From contig JAAZML010000056.1 in assembly GCA_012798835.1 (NCBI GenBank), positions 1,496 to 65,495 of the forward strand: a DNA stretch of 64,000 nt. The letters run 5' to 3'. This document shows positions 39,712 to 48,506 of the stretch, piece after piece. This DNA comes from Clostridium sp. Lineage in GTDB: Bacteria > Bacillota > Clostridia > Acetivibrionales > Acetivibrionaceae. How positions within the stretch are numbered: the stretch's first letter is position 1; the number at the start of each line of letters is the position of its first letter. The notes beneath the pieces were generated by a model. It made no database searches. It had not been told where the DNA came from and saw only the letters and a program-made list of their open reading frames with translations. A program made the position numbers and the translations under genes.

Positions 39712-40788
39712 ATGTCTTTGTATCTATTACTTTTGTTGGATGTATTTATTGCTTATACTATTGAAGTGCTAATTGGTTACCCCCGCGGTTTGCCGCACCC
39801 AGAAAGGTTTATCCGGTGGCTGATTAGAAGCCTAGAGAGAGTTATGCGCTTTACCATAAGGGTTTCATCCGAAAAGAAGGTCAAGGCTTTAGGCGATGAT
39901 GTGGTCCGAAACACCAGAAAAATTTATAGAAATGAAAAGATAGCTGGCGGCATCTTAGCGGTTTTGGTTATATCAATTGCGATATCCATTGTTTTTACAG
40001 CTCTAAAGTTGTGTATGTTCGTAAATCCAATACTGTTTCACGTTGTTAATATTGTATTTATCTATACATCCTTTGCCTCACGAAAGGTTTCCACCGATGC
40101 ATTTAGTGTATTTGATGCACTAAAAGAAAGGGATGTATTCAATGCAAGAAAAATGCTTAACTCAATTGTTGGAAATGAGACGGATAACCTTGATGAAAAA
40201 GAAATAATAAAAGGGACAGTGGAAATAACAGCAAAAAACATAGCGGGTAGGGTTGTGGCACCCATTTTCTACGCACTGCTTGGAACGCTGATGGGTGTAG
40301 GGGCACCAATGGTATATGCGTATATAGCGATTGACGCATTGGATTCTATTTTAGGACATAAGGATCGCGAATATAAAAATATGGGATATATATCGGCTAA
40401 GCTAGATGATGTAGCCAATTTTATTCCGGCAAGACTTTCGGGTTTTATAGTTGTGCTCGGAGCAATGGTTTCGGGTAAGGATTTCAAAAGGGCTTATTCT
40501 GTAATGATGCGGGACAGAAAGAAACACAATAGTCCAAATTTCGGATATCCAGAGGCGGCGATGGCTGGGGCTTTGGGTATAAGGCTTGGTGGAGTTGGAT
40601 TATATTTTGGTGATATTTTAGATAAACCAGTTATTGGTGATGACATCAATCCATTAGAAATAAGGGTCATTACCCAGTCAGTTACTATGATGTACATTGT
40701 ATCGATTATTGCGATGATTATTTTATCTGCCCTAGCAATTTTAATATTTGTTTTGATGGGTTTTATTGTACAATATTATGTACCCTAA
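39712..40788 (+). CDS. cbiB: CobD/CbiB family protein (adenosylcobinamide-phosphate synthase-like membrane protein)
   Basis: 'GYPRGLPHPERFIRWLI', 'HNSPNFGYPEAAMAGALGIRLGG...YFGDILDKPVIGD'. Multiple TM segments. The ATG at 39712 follows 'ggaggaggaagg'. Confidence 0.8.
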   Translation: MSLYLLLLLDVFIAYTIEVLIGYPRGLPHPERFIRWLIRSLERVMRFTIRVSSEKKVKALGDDVVRNTRKIYRNEKIAGGILAVLVISIAISIVFTALKLCMFVNPILFHVVNIVFIYTSFASRKVSTDAFSVFDALKERDVFNARKMLNSIVGNETDNLDEKEIIKGTVEITAKNIAGRVVAPIFYALLGTLMGVGAPMVYAYIAIDALDSILGHKDREYKNMGYISAKLDDVANFIPARLSGFIVVLGAMVSGKDFKRAYSVMMRDRKKHNSPNFGYPEAAMAGALGIRLGGVGLYFGDILDKPVIGDDINPLEIRVITQSVTMMYIVSIIAMIILSALAILIFVLMGFIVQYYVP

Positions 40789-40941
40789 ACTATTCTAGTT
40801 AAAATCCATTAACCTTTTTAGATACGGGGGGACCCCTGAAGATTCCATTAATGTGAATGGGATGAAATTGCGATATATGCCTTGAAATGTGCCTCAAATA
40901 GGTGTAAAGTTTATTATGTAAGGCAAATCAAAATATAAACT

Positions 40942-42375
40942 GTGAGGCGATGGGGGTTGTTTTTTTCAAGTCTTTTTTTTCTCTGTGTTTTCCTACCAAT
41001 AAATTTATTTTTCTACTATTTAATAGACAACATAAGATACAAAAATATCATGCTTATTATTTCTTCCCTTGTTTTTTATGCTTGGGGCGAGCCTGTATGG
41101 ATTCTAATTTTAGTTTCCAATGCCATATTTAACTATTTTATTGGGATATCGGCGGAAAAAAATCGCAAGGAGCGAAAGGGCAAGGCAATAGTCGTGTTTG
41201 GCATTATCGCAAATCTTTCTATACTTGTTTTTTTTAAATACCTGGGATTTTTTGTCGAAAGTTTTAATTTGATATTGGGTAGCAATATTCCAATTATAGA
41301 CATTTCAGTTCCTATTGGCATATCCTTTTATACATTCAAAACAATATCCTATATACTGGATGTTTATAGGGGCGATGTAAAAGCGGAGGATTCTCCGATT
41401 AGGTTCTTGTTATATGTTTCCTTATTTCACCACATTGTCGCAGGTCCCATCGAAAGGTATAAGCATATTGGGATGCACATAAAGGAAAGAACTTTTAGCA
41501 AATCGGAGTTTAATGACGGTGTAGGCCGTTTTATTGTAGGTTTAGGAAAGAAAATTATAATAGCAAATCAGGCAAATGAATTTTCTAAGGCCTTTTTTGA
41601 TATGGATTATTCAAGGTTACCCGTTTTGGGTGCATGGGTAGGAATTTTGCTGTTTGCGATCGAAATTTATTTTGATTTTTCAGGTTACTCTGATATGGCT
41701 ATAGGTCTGGGTAAAATGTATGGTTTTAATTATAGGGAAAATTTTAATTACCCTTATGTGGCAAAATCCATTACTGAATTCTGGCGTAGATGGCATATAT
41801 CCTTGACTACATTTTTTAGGGATTATGTATATATTCCCCTTGGGGGCAACAGAAGATATCATATAAGGAATATGTTGTTGGTGTGGCTGCTTACTGGCTT
41901 TTGGCATGGTGCCAGCTGGAATTTCATCGTTTGGGGGTTGTATTTTTTCATTTTGCTTGTATTTGAAAAATACTTTCTCGAAAAAGCTGGAAAAAGAATC
42001 CCCAGGATATTACACAGGTTTTATTTTATAACGGCGATATTGGTTGGTTGGGTGTTTTTCTATCATTCCAGCCTTACAGATGCATTCCGCTTTTTAGGGA
42101 TTATGTTTGGGGTTGGAGTTTCATCATGGTCAAGTCCTGAGGTTGGTATTTTTGTAAACAATTATATATTATTTATAATTGTAGGACTAATCGGCTGCAC
42201 TCCTATTATGAGGATTATTTCAAAAAGGTTAAAAGAAATTTTTAAGGATAAAAAGTTCGGCTCATATTCCGCCGAAGGGTTAATAAGATCCCTAGTAAAT
42301 ATTGCAATGCTTATAGTATCAATTATTATGCTTGTTGGTCAATCCTACAACCCGTTTCTCTACTTTAAGTTTTAG
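40942..42375 (+). CDS. MBOAT family O-acyltransferase (AlgI/DltB/PatA-like)
   Basis: 'FSSLFFLCVFLPINL', 'GISFYTFKTISY', 'FSGYSDMAIGLGKMYGF...NFNYPY', 'EFWRRWHISLTTFFRDYVYIPLGGNR', and the conserved His in 'GFWHGASWNF'. No ATG is available: the start is GTG 40942 or, fitting the family N-terminus better, TTG 40957. Confidence 0.9.
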   Translation: MRRWGLFFSSLFFLCVFLPINLFFYYLIDNIRYKNIMLIISSLVFYAWGEPVWILILVSNAIFNYFIGISAEKNRKERKGKAIVVFGIIANLSILVFFKYLGFFVESFNLILGSNIPIIDISVPIGISFYTFKTISYILDVYRGDVKAEDSPIRFLLYVSLFHHIVAGPIERYKHIGMHIKERTFSKSEFNDGVGRFIVGLGKKIIIANQANEFSKAFFDMDYSRLPVLGAWVGILLFAIEIYFDFSGYSDMAIGLGKMYGFNYRENFNYPYVAKSITEFWRRWHISLTTFFRDYVYIPLGGNRRYHIRNMLLVWLLTGFWHGASWNFIVWGLYFFILLVFEKYFLEKAGKRIPRILHRFYFITAILVGWVFFYHSSLTDAFRFLGIMFGVGVSSWSSPEVGIFVNNYILFIIVGLIGCTPIMRIISKRLKEIFKDKKFGSYSAEGLIRSLVNIAMLIVSIIMLVGQSYNPFLYFKF

Positions 42376-42471
42376 CTAAGATATAAAAAGTGATTCTAGT
42401 TATCTATGTCACAAGGTGTTTTTGAATTTTACTTATTTGAGTAAAAATAATATCTAATAGGAGGAAAAGAC

Positions 42472-43797
42472 GTGAAAAGGCTGAAGTTGGATTCGATAGT
42501 ATTTTTGTTTATAATTGCGATTTTGGGTGTTGCAAATTTTGCCAATGTAAATAAACCCGAAATTTCGGAAATGGAAAATAGAGCATTAAAACAGAGGCCA
42601 AAGCTTACTGTGTCTGCATTATTTAGCGGTGATTATTTTCGGGATTATAACGAATATTATAATGAGACATTTATTTTTAGAGATGCACTTCTTAAGGCCA
42701 GCAACAGGATAAGCAAAATGCTTCTGATAAAGGGTTCAGATGTAAAAATTATTGTTTCGGATAAGTCTGAAGAATACAATAACACGCAAAAGGAAGACAA
42801 TGATATCTTCCCTACAGGTATGCCCAACGGAACACCACATGTGGAAACATCGAAGCCAGCGGCTACACCAACACCGACGCAAAAGCCCTATAATGAAAGA
42901 GATGGGGTAGGGTATTGGCTTGTTATCGATGGTAAGGCGGTGGAACTTTTTAAATTCAACAAGGATAACTTTGATTTTTATGCAAAGGTACTCAACGAGT
43001 ATGATAATAAATTAGGGGGGAAAATGCCTATCTATTCACTAATTTCCCCAACAAACAGCGAGTTCATACAGCTTAGAAAGTACGAGGGAATAACTGATTC
43101 TCAAAACAACGCAATAGCATACCTCAATTCCAAATTTGGTGATGGCATAATTTCAGTTAATGCTTACGATATACTAAATCAACATAAGGATGAATACATC
43201 TATTTTAGAAGCGATCATCATTGGACAGCACTTGGTGCCTATTACGCTTACACCGCTTTTATGCAGACTAAAGGGGAGCAGCCAATACCCCTTGAGGAAT
43301 ATGAGACAGTTAAAATAGATAATTTTTTGGGCAGCACTTATGCCAAAACAAGAGACAAAAGCATTGAAGAGAATCCAGATACTATATATGCATATTTGCC
43401 ATTTGTAGATTATAAATACGAAAAATATCGTTATTATGAGTGTAACCATGCCAACATAATTGATATGGATTATGCCGATACAAAGCTTGATAAATACTTA
43501 GTCTTTTTAAGTGCCGGCAATGGAACTTGGGCTAAAATCAGCACGGAAAATAAAAATGGCAAGAGGCTTTTAGTAATAAAAGATTCTTATGGCAATAGTT
43601 TCGTGCCTTTTCTCCTTCCGCATTATGAGGAGATATACGTTGTCGATCCAAGATTTTATGATTTCAATACGGCGGAGAGCAATCTTATAGATTTTATTGA
43701 GGCAAAAGGCGTAAATGAAGTCCTTTTTGTAAACTATATGGAGAATGTTAATTATAAAGAATTCATGCTAAGTTTGGAGGAGCTGGTGAGGCATTAA
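42472..43797 (+). CDS. DHHW family protein (AlgJ/AlgX-N-like, membrane-anchored extracytoplasmic acyltransferase partner)
   Basis: N-terminal TM anchor, Pro/Thr linker, family-naming motif 'YFRSDHHWTALGAYYAY', and distal 'IKDSYGNSF'. The GTG start follows 'taggagga'. Confidence 0.85.
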   Translation: MKRLKLDSIVFLFIIAILGVANFANVNKPEISEMENRALKQRPKLTVSALFSGDYFRDYNEYYNETFIFRDALLKASNRISKMLLIKGSDVKIIVSDKSEEYNNTQKEDNDIFPTGMPNGTPHVETSKPAATPTPTQKPYNERDGVGYWLVIDGKAVELFKFNKDNFDFYAKVLNEYDNKLGGKMPIYSLISPTNSEFIQLRKYEGITDSQNNAIAYLNSKFGDGIISVNAYDILNQHKDEYIYFRSDHHWTALGAYYAYTAFMQTKGEQPIPLEEYETVKIDNFLGSTYAKTRDKSIEENPDTIYAYLPFVDYKYEKYRYYECNHANIIDMDYADTKLDKYLVFLSAGNGTWAKISTENKNGKRLLVIKDSYGNSFVPFLLPHYEEIYVVDPRFYDFNTAESNLIDFIEAKGVNEVLFVNYMENVNYKEFMLSLEELVRH

Positions 43798-43894
43798 ATA
43801 AGGCTTGATAGGATGCAGTAATCAATAAAAAGCCACAGAAGACATCTTTAAAGCTTTAGGTTAAAATGTTATAGGTAAGGTTGAATAAAGCAAA

Positions 43895-43937
43895 AGACCA
43901 CATACAGGGTTTTCATCCCAATGTGGTCCTTATTTTT
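43895..43937. terminator. Bidirectional terminator between the convergent DHHW and MCP genes
   Basis: 'gaccacatacaggg...cccaatgtggtc' stem flanked by 'caaaag' on the left and 'cttattttt' on the right. Confidence 0.6.
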
Positions 43938-43947
43938 CTAACTGATT

Positions 43948-45210
43948 TTACTCTTTCTTATCTTCTATATGTGCTAATTTTCTTAGCTTGCTATCAAGCT
44001 CATCAACCAAACGCTCAAGATCTTTAGCCGATACATTCATAGAATCTATAGCCTTTAGCTCTTGCTCGGTGGTGGCGGCTACCTGTTCACTGGCGGCGGC
44101 AGTTTCTTGTGAAACTGAGGAAATGTTTTCTATAGCACTTGTAACCTCGAGTTTATCTGTTTGCATTTTCGTAACCGATTGGTTTACCTCGTTTATCTTA
44201 CTTACGATATGGGTTATGGCATTGGCAATATTGTTAAACGCACTGTCTGTTTCGTTAACAGCAATATTTTGCTCTTGCGAAACCTTTTTCATTATTTCCA
44301 TAGATTTTATGGAAAGTTGAGATTCTTCATGTATGCTCTGCATGAGCACATTAATCTCTTCTGTAGATTTTCTGCTTTGATCGGCGAGCTTTCTAACCTC
44401 TTCTGCAACAACGGCAAATCCTTTACCAGCTTCCCCAGCACGTGCAGCCTCAATAGCAGCATTTAGAGCTAAGAGATTTGTCTGCTCGGCTATATTTTCG
44501 ATAGATTCGACAAATAGACCAATATCATTAATTGTATTTGTTAGTTTTTCCACCACGGAGAAAATTTTTTCTGCTGTATCATAATTCTCTTTTGATTTGT
44601 CCCGAAGGATGTTTACCGAACCAAGACCCACATTATTTAGTTCATTTATTTTTCTAGTTTCTTCGGTGATTCGGTTGTAGCTTTCGTAAACAAAGTTTAT
44701 CTGTTCCGAAAGGTTATCAACCATCTCAACTCCTTGTTGTGCCTGTTCTGCTTGATCGGAGGCACCGTTTGCTATGTCATCCATGGTTTTCGATATATCT
44801 TCCATTGCAACGGAGGCCTGCTGTGCTGTAGAACTAACGGATTTTGTGGCATCAATTATGGAAGTAGAAAGATTGTGAAAGCTACCTATCAAAGCCTTAA
44901 TATCCACTAATAGGTTATTTACAACAAAAGCACACGAGTGTAGAATCTTAAATTTTTCCGGAGCAATAGTTTTTGAAAAACCGCCCTGCTTAACCATGTT
45001 TACTTCCGTTTCAAATTCTTTCGATACTTTCTTAAAACTAGCATTTGAGATTATCAAAACCAAAGACAGTGTTATGGCATTAGATAAAACAACAAGAACA
45101 CCCATCTGCCATTTACCAGATAATATTACTGCTATAGAACTTAATGCCGCTACCTCAATTAGAACAAACAATCCTAGCAAAGGCTTGTGGGTAAAAATGG
45201 ATTTATTCAT
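43948..45210 (-). CDS. Methyl-accepting chemotaxis protein (two TM segments, no large sensor domain)
   Basis: Signalling-domain hairpin '[38 protein letters not shown]'. Two adjacent N-terminal TM helices. Confidence 0.92.
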   Translation of the reverse strand: MNKSIFTHKPLLGLFVLIEVAALSSIAVILSGKWQMGVLVVLSNAITLSLVLIISNASFKKVSKEFETEVNMVKQGGFSKTIAPEKFKILHSCAFVVNNLLVDIKALIGSFHNLSTSIIDATKSVSSTAQQASVAMEDISKTMDDIANGASDQAEQAQQGVEMVDNLSEQINFVYESYNRITEETRKINELNNVGLGSVNILRDKSKENYDTAEKIFSVVEKLTNTINDIGLFVESIENIAEQTNLLALNAAIEAARAGEAGKGFAVVAEEVRKLADQSRKSTEEINVLMQSIHEESQLSIKSMEIMKKVSQEQNIAVNETDSAFNNIANAITHIVSKINEVNQSVTKMQTDKLEVTSAIENISSVSQETAAASEQVAATTEQELKAIDSMNVSAKDLERLVDELDSKLRKLAHIEDKKE

Positions 45211-45342
45211 AACTTTCCCTCCAGCTTAGAATAAGAGAATCGAATTTTTAAGACATGCATATATAAATAATTTCGATATAAAACAAAGAAACCCTTCTTT
45301 TTTATATAAAATATTATTTATACTTAGAAAAGTTTTTGGATC

Positions 45343-45371
45343 TTGACAGGGAAAAGTTTATTTGATACCAT
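45343..45371 (+). promoter_or_regulatory. Candidate promoter of the second T-box leader
   Basis: TTGACA (45343-45348), 17 nt, TACCAT (45366-45371). Confidence 0.45.
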
Positions 45372-45377
45372 TACATA

Positions 45378-45690
45378 AAAATAAGTTCAATAAATATTAA
45401 ATGCCTAGATAAGGAGAAAGCACTATCCCATTGTGTTTTAGGAAGCTGTTGCATGCTGAAAAACAGTACACAGGGTAGTTTTTGCGAGGCTCGCCTTTGA
45501 GCATTCAGCTGAAAGCTTTTCGGATTTTGGATAGATAGCGAGTAGGTTTGGACGGTTTTTCCGCCGTTATCAAGGAAAAGCATCTATATATTACTGATGC
45601 TATAAAGTGGGTGTTTTATACCAAAAGGAGTGGCACCGCGGGAGCACAATGCTTTCGTCTCTAAAATTAGAGACGGAAGCTTTTTTATTA
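45378..45690 (+). promoter_or_regulatory. T-box riboswitch leader upstream of a non-aaRS gene
   Basis: T-box sequence 'aaaaggagTGGCaccgcggg' at 45623-45642, parallel to the pheS leader. Terminator 'gctttcgtctct-aaaatt-agagacggaagc' plus 'tttttt' at 45651-45686, whose 5' arm can alternatively pair with the T-box sequence. F-box-like 'ccgccgttat' at 45561-45570. Stem III hairpin 'gcatc...gatgc' at 45581-45600. Stem I 5' elements 'agataaggagaaagcacta'. The specifier is not securely assigned. Confidence 0.8.
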
Positions 45691-45794
45691 GGAGGTATAA
45701 AATTAAAGATCTGTTGTACTTTGGAATATAGTTTATATTACAATAAATATTTTAAACGGGTCTATAAAAATATATGAAATTTAGGAGGTCTATT

Positions 45795-48326
45795 ATGAAA
45801 ATTGCATTTTCAACACTAGGATGCCCTGATTTTAGCTGGAGCGACATATATTCTATGGCAAAAGATTGCGGGTTTGACGGCATTGAGATACGTGGGTTAG
45901 GGGACGAGATCTTTGCCGCAAAAGCAAAACCATTCATAGAATCCCAGCTTTCTCAGACAGCCAAAAAGCTCTCTGAGTTACGCCTTGAAATTCCATGCTT
46001 TTCCTCCGGTTGTTGTCTAAAATTTGAGGAGGATGCCCAAAAAAACCATGAGGAAATTGTGGAATATATCATACTTGCTTCAAAACTTAACACGCCATAT
46101 GTCCGTATCCTTGCAGACCTAGAACCACATCCCTGTGGTGAAGTGGATGATGATGTTGTGTTAAAAGCACTCCAGCGTCTAATTCCTATAGCAGAAGAAA
46201 AGGGGGTAACGTTGCTCGTTGAGACCAACGGTGTCTATTCCGATACAACCCGCCTGTGCAAGCTTTTAGATAGTATTACAAGTGATGCGGTTGCTGCTTT
46301 ATGGGATGTTCACCATCCGTATAGGTTTGCTGGGGAAATGCCCGGTGAGACAGTGAAAAATTTAGGTGCTTATATCAAATATGTTCATATAAAGGATTCG
46401 ATCAACGAAAACGGCAAAATACTTTATCGCATGATGGGTGAAGGGGATATGCCAATTGATGATATAATGCTAGCCCTAAGATCCATAAATTATGAGGGAT
46501 ACATTTCCTTAGAATGGGTCAAGAGGTGGGCAGCAGATCTTGACGATGCGGGCGTGGTTTTCCCAAATTTTGCGAACTACATGGAGCGTTATACAAAAAA
46601 GAGCATGGTAAAGGGTCGATTGTTTGATAATGCTACCGGAACAGGAAAATATATATGGGAAAAAGATATGTTAATTGACCTAACATTTCCACAGGTTCTC
46701 GATCGGGTTGTAGATGAATTTCCGGATCAATATGCATTCCGCTATATTACAATGGATTACACAAGAACATATTCAGAATTTCGTGACGATGTGGATACCT
46801 TTGCGCGAAGTCTTATCGCGTTGGGTGTAAGGCCTGGGGATCATGTTGCTATTTGGGCCACCAATGTACCCCAATGGTTTATAACCTTTTGGGCTACAAC
46901 AAAAATAGGGGCGGTCCTTGTTACTATAAATACAGCATATAAAGTTTACGAAGCTGAGTATTTGCTCCGGCAGTCTGATACACATACACTAGTTATGATT
47001 GATGGATATAAGGATTCGGATTATGTAAGCATAATAAAAGAACTTTGCCCAGAGCTCGAAACTGCCGAAGCAGGGTATCCCTTGCATCTGAAACGCTTAC
47101 CTTTTTTAAGGAATATAATCACTGTCGACTCAAAGCAAAAGGGATGTCTTACATGGGACGAGGCGGTAGATATGTCTGAAAAAGTGCCTATTGAGGAAGT
47201 TTATCGACGGGCAATATCCATTAATAAGAATGATGTTTGTAATATGCAATACACATCCGGGACTACAGGATTCCCAAAAGGAGTTATGCTTACCCATTAT
47301 AATGTAATAAACAACGGGAAATGCATAGGGGATTGTATGGATCTTTCAACTGCTGATCGTATGCTCATCCAGGTTCCAATGTTTCACTGTTTTGGGATGG
47401 TGTTGTCTATGACAGCATCTATGACACATGGAACGACAATGTCACCAATACCATATTTTTCACCAAGGATAGCACTGGAGTGTATAAACAGCGAAAAGAT
47501 AACTTGTTTTAATGGTGTACCTACTATGTTTATAGCAATGATGGAACATGATAATTTCAAAAAAACAGATTTTTCATATGTAAGGACTGGCATAATGGCA
47601 GGGAGCCCATGCCCCACAAAGGTAATGCAAGATGTAGTAAGTAAAATGAATATGTCCCAGATTACTATTGTATATGGTCAAACTGAGTCTTCCCCTGGTT
47701 GTACTCAAAGTCGTGTAGATGATTCAATAGATGTGCGTGTAAATACAGTAGGGCGTGCATTGCCAGGTATAGAGTGTAAAATTGTTGATCCCGAAACAGG
47801 CGAAGATTTACCGGTAAATTCCGATGGTGAATTTGTTGCCCGGGGCTACAACATTATGAAGGGGTATTATAAGATGCCGGAGGCGACGGCTGCGGCTATA
47901 GATAAGGACGGGTGGCTCCATACTGGTGATATGGCTAGATGCGACGGGGAGGGGAATTATAAAATAACCGGGCGCATAAGGGATATGATAATCAGGGGCG
48001 GAGAAAACATATACCCCAAAGAAATTGAAGATTTTATTTATACACACCCCAAAGTGAGTGATGTGCAGGTTATTGGGGTTCCAGATAAACAATACGGTGA
48101 GGAAATAATGGCGTGTGTGATTTTAAAGGAAGGCGAGACAATGACTTCTGACGAGCTAAAAGATTTTGTGCGTTCCCATATGGCAAAACATAAAACACCT
48201 AAATATATTGATTTTGTTACCGAATTTCCAATGAATGCTGCAGGAAAGATTATGAAGTACAAAATGAGGGAGCAGGCGGTGGAAAAACTATCTCTTGATA
48301 AAGATGATTCCGTTGTTACTGTCTGA
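45795..48326 (+). CDS. Fusion protein: xylose-isomerase-like TIM barrel (sugar phosphate isomerase/epimerase family) plus AMP-dependent synthetase/ligase (acyl-CoA synthetase-like)
   Basis: N-terminal about 270 aa: 'MKIAFSTLGCPDFSW...GFDGIEIR...YVRI...LLVETNG...WDVHHP...HIKD...ISLEW'. C-terminal about 560 aa: 'YTSGTTGFPKGVMLTH', 'GQTESSP', 'GWLHTGDMA', 'GRIRDMIIRGGENIYP', 'PMNAAGKIMKY'. It is one uninterrupted frame. The ATG at 45795 follows 'taggaggt'. Confidence 0.88.
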   Translation: MKIAFSTLGCPDFSWSDIYSMAKDCGFDGIEIRGLGDEIFAAKAKPFIESQLSQTAKKLSELRLEIPCFSSGCCLKFEEDAQKNHEEIVEYIILASKLNTPYVRILADLEPHPCGEVDDDVVLKALQRLIPIAEEKGVTLLVETNGVYSDTTRLCKLLDSITSDAVAALWDVHHPYRFAGEMPGETVKNLGAYIKYVHIKDSINENGKILYRMMGEGDMPIDDIMLALRSINYEGYISLEWVKRWAADLDDAGVVFPNFANYMERYTKKSMVKGRLFDNATGTGKYIWEKDMLIDLTFPQVLDRVVDEFPDQYAFRYITMDYTRTYSEFRDDVDTFARSLIALGVRPGDHVAIWATNVPQWFITFWATTKIGAVLVTINTAYKVYEAEYLLRQSDTHTLVMIDGYKDSDYVSIIKELCPELETAEAGYPLHLKRLPFLRNIITVDSKQKGCLTWDEAVDMSEKVPIEEVYRRAISINKNDVCNMQYTSGTTGFPKGVMLTHYNVINNGKCIGDCMDLSTADRMLIQVPMFHCFGMVLSMTASMTHGTTMSPIPYFSPRIALECINSEKITCFNGVPTMFIAMMEHDNFKKTDFSYVRTGIMAGSPCPTKVMQDVVSKMNMSQITIVYGQTESSPGCTQSRVDDSIDVRVNTVGRALPGIECKIVDPETGEDLPVNSDGEFVARGYNIMKGYYKMPEATAAAIDKDGWLHTGDMARCDGEGNYKITGRIRDMIIRGGENIYPKEIEDFIYTHPKVSDVQVIGVPDKQYGEEIMACVILKEGETMTSDELKDFVRSHMAKHKTPKYIDFVTEFPMNAAGKIMKYKMREQAVEKLSLDKDDSVVTV

Positions 48327-48506
48327 TACACAAAAGCATATGTGCAAGGACACTTTTTCAAGCCGATAATATGATCTAAATAGTTTTTATTGATTAACCC
48401 TTAACAATTAGCCGATATTTTAGTATAATATTTGGAAGGGTGTCCTAGTAAATACGAATATTGATCTGCAGGTATTACTAATATTTCGATATGGGGGAGA
48501 TTTAAG

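Noticed and set aside
45371-45583. 70-aa minus-strand ORF upstream of the ligase fusion
   Set aside because: It overlaps the Stem I/II region of the second T-box leader on the opposite strand and has no RBS.
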